The translations under genes and the position numbers were made by a program. From the IMG/VR virus record IMGVR_UViG_3300020050_009209: a DNA stretch of 64,000 bases; one strand, written 5' to 3'. Shown here one piece after another: positions 56,990 to 64,000 of the stretch. Source of the stretch: a virus (Duplodnaviria > Caudoviricetes). Positions within the stretch are counted from its first letter, which is position 1; the number at the start of each line of letters is the position of its first letter. The notes below the pieces were generated by a model. The model made no database searches. It was not told the DNA's origin and was given only the letters and a program-made list of their open reading frames with translations.

Positions 56990-58267
56990 GTGAATTCTCC
57001 CAACAACTTCGCTGAGGCAATTAACAGGATGGTTGAGGGGGAAGAGGAAGAACCTTCCCCTGAAGACATCCATATCACTGCACCTAAAGACCCAGAGGTT
57101 AACCCTGAGGTCTACAAGGATGTAGAGACATTGCTCTTCCAGGGGTTTCTGACCCTGTATGGAGAGGTCAACGGAGTCCCATTCATCTTCAAGTCACTAA
57201 ACCATCACGAGCATCAGAACATCCAATGGGTGTCTGGGAATATCTCGGGGAGGGGGAGTGACCTGCGGTACTACGCTACGTTCATCGCGTATGGGATCTT
57301 CATGGTCGATGGGGAGAACATACTCCTAGATCGGGAGCGGTGGGTTCCTAAGCTAGTTAAGACGTTCGAGACATTCCCAGCTCCAGCAAGATCCAAAATC
57401 GTACAGTACTTGAGTGAGGTGAACCGAAGAGCCTCGAATGCTGTTACGCTTGCTGAGGCATACCAGATGGAAGCTGCCTCTCGGTTTAAGTGGGCTCAAC
57501 TCCAGGGGCTTGGGTTAGGCTCCACTGCCTGTACTGGCATTGTAGGATCAGCTAATCTAGGGCTTAATTACGCACAGCTAGTCTGGAGAGCCCTAAATCA
57601 CTACGAGGACATCAAAGACCAAACCGAACGAGAGTGGGACCATTCTAAGTTTATTGGCGGATGCTTTGTAGGTGGCAAGGAAATTCGGAAGGTTCACAGT
57701 CAGGACCAAGAGCGTCGAAAAAAGGAACGAGAGACGAGGTTAGAGCGGAAGGACAAAATCATTCGACTAGTCCTACTAGGGGAAAACCCAGAGGTTGACT
57801 CCAAGACCAATCAGATAAAGATCGTCGCTCGTACGGTTGAGGAACTGGCTTCTCAGTTGGAGAGAGACCTTCGAGGTGAAAAGGACTGGCACGATGAAAT
57901 CGTGGCCAAGGAGGAAGCGAAAATTCGAGCTGCAATCCAAGACCGACAATCGAAGCTGCAACAGCTCATTCAGTCTAAACGAGAAGACCGGTCCTCCCCA
58001 AGGGCTGCCTTCACGGACATGGTGGGTCTTACTAAGGAAGAGATTGCACAACGTGTTGTGCGAAGGAGACAGCTTGAAGCTCAGGAAGCAGCTTCTCGTA
58101 TCGTACACCCTGAGTTGACGGACGAGCGGATGAGCGACTTTAACGAGAAGTACATAGACAAATATATGCACAAGTCTGTAGCTGACCGAATCCAGGTAAC
58201 CGACCGAGATCCATCCGAGGTTCTCAACCCCCCTGTTCGACCGCCAGGGACCCCATTTAGGAGATAG
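56990..58267 (+). CDS. Putative second tail assembly chaperone
   Basis: FIFKSLNHHE...YGIFMVDG resembles the previous protein; directly before the tape measure. Confidence 0.55.
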   Translation: MNSPNNFAEAINRMVEGEEEEPSPEDIHITAPKDPEVNPEVYKDVETLLFQGFLTLYGEVNGVPFIFKSLNHHEHQNIQWVSGNISGRGSDLRYYATFIAYGIFMVDGENILLDRERWVPKLVKTFETFPAPARSKIVQYLSEVNRRASNAVTLAEAYQMEAASRFKWAQLQGLGLGSTACTGIVGSANLGLNYAQLVWRALNHYEDIKDQTEREWDHSKFIGGCFVGGKEIRKVHSQDQERRKKERETRLERKDKIIRLVLLGENPEVDSKTNQIKIVARTVEELASQLERDLRGEKDWHDEIVAKEEAKIRAAIQDRQSKLQQLIQSKREDRSSPRAAFTDMVGLTKEEIAQRVVRRRQLEAQEAASRIVHPELTDERMSDFNEKYIDKYMHKSVADRIQVTDRDPSEVLNPPVRPPGTPFRR

Positions 58268-58269
58268 TT

Positions 58270-61200
58270 ATGGCTAAGGAACAGGTCGAAGTTGCATTCG
58301 AGATAGAGCTAAATACTCGCAAACTTGCGAGTAAGATGGCTATGTTCGACCGTTCCGTACAGAAGACCTCGAAAGACTTTGCGGGCCTAACGAGGAACGT
58401 CAAGCACTTTGCAAAGGACCAAGACTCTTCTCTCAAAAAAGCTGAGAAGGCCATGGAGCACTTTGAGGAGGTAGTCACAACCTCTGCGGCTAGAATGGAG
58501 GAAGAGCGTGTAAAGTACCTTCATTCTACGACTAAAGAGGAGAGAGCAGCTGCCTCTGATCGGATCAAGATTCTGGAGGAGGAGAACGCTCAGGCCATTC
58601 GTATTGCGAGAGATGCAGCCAAAGAGGCTACTACTGAAGCTAAGAAAGCAGCTAAGTTCATAAAGCAGTCACTTACGCATAGAATGGACTTTGGGCAGCT
58701 TGCGAATCACTTTACGACAAGTTTCAAGAAGGAAACCGATTGGACGAAGTTCCGAGACACTATAGCGACTGAGCTGAAGGGTGGTCTAGAGGATGGCTTC
58801 TCGTCCTTCAAAGGCAAAGATCTATCTGGTCTAATCAAAGGAGCAGGAAAGTTCAGTAGTGGTTTGCTGAAGGGAGTTGGGGGTACCGGAGCTGCTGCCT
58901 TATTTAAGGCTAACCAAGCTGCTCATGCTAAGAGTGAGGCTATGGGTGGTACCGGGGCTACCGGTACGATAAGCGGGAAAGTACTCAAGGGGCTTGGGAA
59001 TGGTTTAGCGGGTATGGGTAAGATGGTGGGTATGTTGGCTAAACTTGGCCCTCTTCTTGCTGGAGTAGCTGGGGCGTTTGCTGCTATCGTTTCTGTTATC
59101 CTAGGGATAGAGGATGCGGCAAAGGGTATGAATAAGGAGATCCTAGAGTCTGCTGGGTCAGCCGACATGCTGTATGCGAATGGTGGGGATGCCAACAAGT
59201 CATTCAATACCCTACGTAACACCTTAGATGATATTCGGTATTCTGCTACGGACGTTAAGAAGAACTTGCGGTTTGGGATGAAGGCTGAGGACATCCTAAA
59301 TGTCACTAAGGGTTTTACTCAAGCAGGGGTAAGTCTAACGTCGCTTAATACCGCATTTGAGAATGCTGAGACGGCATCGAAGGGTGCTGGCTCTCAGATT
59401 CAGAATGCCGGAGACCTAGCTCGAATGAGCTTTGGCTACGCAAAGCTCTATGGTGTCAGTTTGTCTGAGGTTACGGATCTGCAAGCAGAGATGTTTACGG
59501 AGATGGGTACTGGTTTGTCTGGGGTTCAGTTGCAATTTGCTGCTATGGCAAAGGATGCTTCTGAGTCTGGCATCGCTACGAACAAGTTCTTTGGGATCAT
59601 TCGCGGGATTTCCTCAGACTTATCCTTGTACACGACCCGTATTGGTCAGGCAACAGGGATGCTTAAGCTTCTGGGTAAGGCAATGTCTTCAAAAGAGGCT
59701 GGTAAGTTTATGCAAGGACTTACCAACAGTATGAAAGGCATGAGCGAGCAAGATCGTATACGCACGACCATGCTGATCGGACAGGATAAGGCAAGGGGGA
59801 TTGTGATGGAGGACCTTGCTCAAAAGAGCAAGTTTATGGCAGGGGAGCTTCAACGTAGCTTGGGAGGAAAGACAACCAAGTCACTTGAGGACATCTCAAA
59901 GTTAGTAGATGAAGCTCGTAATGGAAGTGAGGGGGCCAAAAAGGAGCTAAAGTCTATGTTCAAAGAGCTACCTAAGGAGCAGCAAGGAGCCTTAAGTAGC
60001 GCGTTATTTGAGATGACTGCGGACACGCGGGCAAGCAAGCACGGCCCTGCTGGGATTGGAGAGGCAATGGCAAACCTTTCGGCTGGGGCAACGTATGAGG
60101 CCAAAAAAGCAGCCTTAGAGCGATTTGGAGGGGCTGGAAAAGTTTCTCAGATGTCTGGGATTCAAGGAACTGCGGCTAGGCAGGCTGCTGGAGTTTCACT
60201 TGAGGAGTCGCGAGGAATTGGTAAACTAGAGGAGTCTATCGGAGACCAAAAAGATGACATAATCAAGTCATTAGCCAACCCCTCGGCGGATCCCAAAGAG
60301 CTAGCCGCGCAACAACGCATCATTGGTCGTTTGAAGGATATGGGTATTACTGGGGAGGAGCAAATCAAGGCAGCTAAGACAAGTCAGATCCTAAATGCAC
60401 TAGAAGTTTCCCCAGAAGATGCACTCAAGGAAGCTGGAAAGCAAACCGACTGGGCTGAAAAGACAGCTAACCTTACTACTACAGTATCCGATAAGCTTGG
60501 TGTCATCGTAGAGGGAATTTTTGAGTTCCTCTACGTAGCTATGCGAGATGTCGTTGGGGACCTTGGGGACCTTATTGACTTAATCGCATCATTTAGCTTG
60601 TTTAGCGGTAGTGGTTTGGGAGGAGCTAAACACCAAAGAGAGCAGTTAGCTGCAAGTACTAACAAGGACAATAAGGGGTACACAAGCGTCCTTAGGGAGG
60701 CAAGAGGCGATAAGACAGCAATGCTTAGGGCAGCGCAGCCCATGATCTTTGCAGGAATTGACGCATCTATTCAGTCCCAAAAAGCGAACATGGCTAACTA
60801 CAGCGATGCCTCTCTTCAGGATAAGATGGGGGGTGCAGATGGAGCTTTTGCAAAGGACCTGAAGTTACTTGCAGCAAGTGGGGCAGACTTTGGTAGGGCT
60901 TCTTTCTTGAGTACTGACTTTCAAGATCAGGCAAGTCAAGACAAACAAGCTCTGTTTCAAAAAACACTAGCTGAAACTGGGGATGTGACAAAAGCTATGG
61001 GTTCGTCTGGTTTCACTCCGGAGGATGCAAAGAAGCTGTTTACGAACGCCATTACAACTCTTGGTGACGATAAGTACTCAAGTACTTTGGCTAAATTGGA
61101 GACCGGGGTGGCTGGGAGTAAGCTTGTAGGTGGGGGGTCCCCTTCTGAGCAAGCTGCTGCGTCTGCTAAGGCCAAGGAGGCGGCAGTGCAGCCGCAAACA

Positions 61201-61812
61201 GCAAAATCAAGTGTGGCTCCAGGGGTAGCTACCCCATCGTCCGCATCTGCCACTCCAGCAACTGCGGCTGCGGTTACTGTTGGGAACAAGATGGCAGAGG
61301 TTACCGAGGAAGGCTCTATTGACGTTGTAGGCAGCTTGAAAGACCTTTGGACCTTGATGGCAACGAAGGGGATCAAGCTCAATAAGACTCAATTGGAGGG
61401 TGAGTACAAGAAGGTGATTCGAGATGGGGCGCTCGATGCAATCCGAACAGGGATGTTCGAGTATGCTATGTATACCTCTGCGGATCCCACAAGAATCCTG
61501 GACCAAATCAAGAAAACAGGACTTCCTGAGGTAGGGGCTTTGGGTGCAGATTATGAGAAGAAAGCTAAAGCAAACGCAAGTGGTGGTCTGGTTACTGGCA
61601 TTAGTGGGGGCCTGGCTCAGATCTCTCCTGCCTCAGGTGAGGGACTGGCTTCCATTGGCCGAGGGGAGCGAATTGTCCCTGCTGGAGGTGGTGGAGGTGG
61701 GAGTATCAACGTAAATGTGAATGGCATTGGTGGGGCTGACTTGGCAAACCTTATTCGAGGTAAGGTTGCTGAGGGGATCTACGAGTACAAGCGTAAGGAG
61801 AAGCTTACCTGA
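58270..61812 (+). CDS. Tape measure protein
   Basis: 1180 aa, helical and A/G/K-rich with a hydrophobic segment; C-terminal ASGGLV...GERIVPAGGGG; synteny. Confidence 0.85.
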   Translation: MAKEQVEVAFEIELNTRKLASKMAMFDRSVQKTSKDFAGLTRNVKHFAKDQDSSLKKAEKAMEHFEEVVTTSAARMEEERVKYLHSTTKEERAAASDRIKILEEENAQAIRIARDAAKEATTEAKKAAKFIKQSLTHRMDFGQLANHFTTSFKKETDWTKFRDTIATELKGGLEDGFSSFKGKDLSGLIKGAGKFSSGLLKGVGGTGAAALFKANQAAHAKSEAMGGTGATGTISGKVLKGLGNGLAGMGKMVGMLAKLGPLLAGVAGAFAAIVSVILGIEDAAKGMNKEILESAGSADMLYANGGDANKSFNTLRNTLDDIRYSATDVKKNLRFGMKAEDILNVTKGFTQAGVSLTSLNTAFENAETASKGAGSQIQNAGDLARMSFGYAKLYGVSLSEVTDLQAEMFTEMGTGLSGVQLQFAAMAKDASESGIATNKFFGIIRGISSDLSLYTTRIGQATGMLKLLGKAMSSKEAGKFMQGLTNSMKGMSEQDRIRTTMLIGQDKARGIVMEDLAQKSKFMAGELQRSLGGKTTKSLEDISKLVDEARNGSEGAKKELKSMFKELPKEQQGALSSALFEMTADTRASKHGPAGIGEAMANLSAGATYEAKKAALERFGGAGKVSQMSGIQGTAARQAAGVSLEESRGIGKLEESIGDQKDDIIKSLANPSADPKELAAQQRIIGRLKDMGITGEEQIKAAKTSQILNALEVSPEDALKEAGKQTDWAEKTANLTTTVSDKLGVIVEGIFEFLYVAMRDVVGDLGDLIDLIASFSLFSGSGLGGAKHQREQLAASTNKDNKGYTSVLREARGDKTAMLRAAQPMIFAGIDASIQSQKANMANYSDASLQDKMGGADGAFAKDLKLLAASGADFGRASFLSTDFQDQASQDKQALFQKTLAETGDVTKAMGSSGFTPEDAKKLFTNAITTLGDDKYSSTLAKLETGVAGSKLVGGGSPSEQAAASAKAKEAAVQPQTAKSSVAPGVATPSSASATPATAAAVTVGNKMAEVTEEGSIDVVGSLKDLWTLMATKGIKLNKTQLEGEYKKVIRDGALDAIRTGMFEYAMYTSADPTRILDQIKKTGLPEVGALGADYEKKAKANASGGLVTGISGGLAQISPASGEGLASIGRGERIVPAGGGGGGSINVNVNGIGGADLANLIRGKVAEGIYEYKRKEKLT

Positions 61813-62792
61813 TGGCTTATATTCGATCAGCGAATCCAGCTAGGTTCAAGGCCCTTACGCAACCGGGGTTGGCTACCTACACTCATGGAGCTGAAAGTAG
61901 GACGGGGTACATACCTCTCGCCTTCCAGATCACAAGTCCTTACGACAAGCTCAAGGCTCTGCTACCTCATGCCCTTATCGCTCATGTGAACCCTCGAAGC
62001 TTCGCAGAGACCTTCAACAAGAAGATCGAAAGAATCCAGACCCGTGGAGGATTTGTTGAGCAGCACTGGGGGGATGACCTTGGGGAGATCAGCGTAGACC
62101 AATCCACCGGAGCCTTCGTCAATCTACAGGAAGGTCTCTCCTCAATTCTGCGTCATCGGACAATTGCTTGGGATCGATTTCGGGACTTGTACGACCTCTA
62201 CCACAATAACGGCTCAGTCTACGACCCCTACGGAAATATCGTCCTTCAGGGTAATGTCATGTTGATGTACGACCGAGGCACCTATCTTGGGTACTTCCGA
62301 ACGTTCTCGGTTGAGGAGACAGAGACGAGCCCCTTTGCGTTCAATCTGTCCTGGACCTTCAAAGTTGTAGAAACCATCTTCCAGGTGCCGATGAATGCCG
62401 ATGTGACGCAGGTGCGTTCCGTGGCATTCCAATCTCAAAATCAGAGTAACCTTCCTGTACTTAGCGACAGAAATGGCAATCTAGCTGTCATTGGTGCGGA
62501 TGGTAGGGCCATTACGGGTCAGACGGCTGCGGAGCAAAAGCGAGAGGCCCTTGAGAAAGCTGGTAACGCGAAGCTTGAGGTTTCTGCAAAGGATATTCAA
62601 AAGGGGGCTACTTCGACTTCTGGAGGTACTACTTCGACTTCTGGAGGTGGCGGTTGGCTTGGAGGTTTGGACTTTGTAGGAGCTGAGACCACAAAGACAC
62701 CGACTCCGGCCAAGACTCTTCCTACGAAAAGTCCTAGTCCTACTGGCACCTCAGCAGTGAAGTCTGCAAGTCCCAAGTCCCCCACCGGATAA
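61812..62792 (+). CDS. Putative baseplate hub/tail tube initiator protein
   Basis: VNPRSF...IERIQTRGGFVEQHWG...YLGYFRTFSVEE..SPF.F..SWTFKV; follows the tape measure. Confidence 0.7.
   Translation: MAYIRSANPARFKALTQPGLATYTHGAESRTGYIPLAFQITSPYDKLKALLPHALIAHVNPRSFAETFNKKIERIQTRGGFVEQHWGDDLGEISVDQSTGAFVNLQEGLSSILRHRTIAWDRFRDLYDLYHNNGSVYDPYGNIVLQGNVMLMYDRGTYLGYFRTFSVEETETSPFAFNLSWTFKVVETIFQVPMNADVTQVRSVAFQSQNQSNLPVLSDRNGNLAVIGADGRAITGQTAAEQKREALEKAGNAKLEVSAKDIQKGATSTSGGTTSTSGGGGWLGGLDFVGAETTKTPTPAKTLPTKSPSPTGTSAVKSASPKSPTG
62608..62648 (+). repeat. Tandem duplication with 21-bp period (TSTSGG x2)
   Basis: CTACTTCGACTTCTGGAGGT at 62608 and 62629. Confidence 0.85.
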
Positions 62793-62795
62793 GCC

Positions 62796-64000
62796 ATGGC
62801 TAAGCGAGTTATACAGCAGATTGAAGAGGCAGCGGACTACTATGGGCCAGAGCTTTACTCAAAGCTCAGTTTCTACTCTAACTTCACCCCATCACAAGAC
62901 AACCTCAGTCTAGACTTCATCCCTGTCACTGGAGTTAAGCCGAACTCTAAGATGTTCATCGTGGGGCTCATCCCACCAGCTGCAAACATCTCGGGTAGGC
63001 TGTTGGATCGTTCCGCCTCAGTAGCTTCCGTGCTTGGGGCTCCTGAGGATTTGGGAGTCACCTCTGCTGCTGCCCCATCTGGCCCTACTATTAGTGAGCC
63101 TGCTAGTGGTAGCGGAAAACGCTATGGGGCTAGTTACACAAAACAAGATGCATCGTTTTGGGACGCTTACCTTAAAATGGTGAAAAGGCTTGGGGCGGAT
63201 CCTTACGCTATTGCCGCTGTGATGCAGCGTGAAAGTGGAATCAACCCAAAAGCTAAGAATATAGCAAGGGATAAGAACGGGAAGGTTATCCTAGACAGTA
63301 AAGGTAACCCAGTTATTTTAGCGCAAGGCATTAACCAGTTGTCTAGAGCTGGGCTGCCAGCTGGCAAGGCGGGGGATGCAGAGTGGGAAAATGTAGCCAA
63401 CTTGTCAGCTGAGGAGCAGTTAAAGTACGTAGAGAAAACCTTTAGTGGTAGAGCTAAAGGTAAGACGGCGACTCAAATGTACAGCGTTAACTTGGGTGGT
63501 TACCACGATACAAACCCTGACGGGTCTTCCTATGCTAGTATCGAAGCTCAAAATAGGTGGCTTGCGGCACATCCTGAGGATAACGTAAAGGAGCCTTGGG
63601 GGAACCCAAAGGTCATACACTCTGAGGATAACGGAAGATTCAGAAGATCCGCGAATCAGCAAAGTTGCTATAATGGTAACCCAGCCTTTCAAACTGGACC
63701 GAATGGGGAAACGGGGCCTCGGGGGGTTCCGGGTGGCGTGATCATGCGCGATGCTTTGGGCGACTATATGACAGGGCTTCCTACTCCAGCCGTAAGAGCC
63801 GAAATTGACGCAGCCCTCGCTAGAGCTGGTGGTAACTACACTCCCCCAGCCCCACCTGCCCCAAAGGCGGAAAACACGAATGGGGAGTGGGTAGACAAAG
63901 GAAGTGCAAATGCTAGCAAGTCCAAGAGTGATAACTCGAAGACAGCGGGGAAAGAGCTTGCGAAGAGGCAAGCGGAACTAGGTGCCAAGTTCTCGTCTGC
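62796..64000 (+). CDS. Baseplate-associated protein with lytic transglycosylase (SLT-like) domain; truncated by the window end
   Basis: Hand translation from ATG 62796 (MAKRVIQQIEE) gives LGADPYAIAAVMQRESGINPKAKN...AQGINQL...EEQLKYVEK; absent from the ORF track, consistent with no in-window stop. Confidence 0.8.
   Translation, partial: MAKRVIQQIEEAADYYGPELYSKLSFYSNFTPSQDNLSLDFIPVTGVKPNSKMFIVGLIPPAANISGRLLDRSASVASVLGAPEDLGVTSAAAPSGPTISEPASGSGKRYGASYTKQDASFWDAYLKMVKRLGADPYAIAAVMQRESGINPKAKNIARDKNGKVILDSKGNPVILAQGINQLSRAGLPAGKAGDAEWENVANLSAEEQLKYVEKTFSGRAKGKTATQMYSVNLGGYHDTNPDGSSYASIEAQNRWLAAHPEDNVKEPWGNPKVIHSEDNGRFRRSANQQSCYNGNPAFQTGPNGETGPRGVPGGVIMRDALGDYMTGLPTPAVRAEIDAALARAGGNYTPPAPPAPKAENTNGEWVDKGSANASKSKSDNSKTAGKELAKRQAELGAKFSS

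Noticed and set aside
55894-58267. Programmed -1 frameshift between tail chaperones (lambda G/GT type)
   Set aside because: No slippery heptamer seen near the first stop; the second ORF has its own start
1-64000. Minus-strand and nested alternative-frame ORFs in the track
   Set aside because: They overlap well-supported + strand genes and show no recognizable motifs; treated as shadow ORFs
1-64000. Stop-codon reassignment (alternative genetic code)
   Set aside because: Long genes are intact under code 11 and TAA, TAG and TGA all end genes cleanly; the two broken genes involve frameshifts, not in-frame stops
1-64000. tRNA genes and host assignment
   Set aside because: No cloverleaf recognized in the short intergenic gaps; the host cannot be inferred reliably without searches

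Overview
The window is the virion-morphogenesis region of a large (jumbo-type) contractile-tailed bacteriophage. All credible genes lie on the + strand and read in the standard bacterial code. Gene order: putative internal head proteins, intein-containing prohead protease, Gln-rich scaffold, head decoration protein, HK97-type major capsid protein, fibre/decoration proteins, neck proteins, tail completion protein, tail sheath, tail tube, chaperones, tape measure, baseplate proteins and a lytic transglycosylase that runs off the end. No terminase, portal, tRNA or CRISPR array was seen. Nine homing-endonuclease-type elements are interspersed (about 11.6 kb, 18% of the window). Two of them are paralogous nuclease-DNA methyltransferase fusions placed directly after the capsid and sheath genes, one LAGLIDADG-type and one PD-(D/E)XK-type; these are the strongest candidates for an undescribed system. 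Other notable features: a pervasive [KR]-x-A motif that may mark prohead-protease-processed cargo (including a UvrD helicase and a Dps protein), an actin-like ATPase among the tail genes, a GIY-YIG gene carrying a recoded copy of its neighbour's N-terminus, two +1-frameshifted endonuclease genes, and two recurring promoter-like motifs that often predict leaderless mRNAs. All product calls come from motif recognition and synteny; no database search was run.
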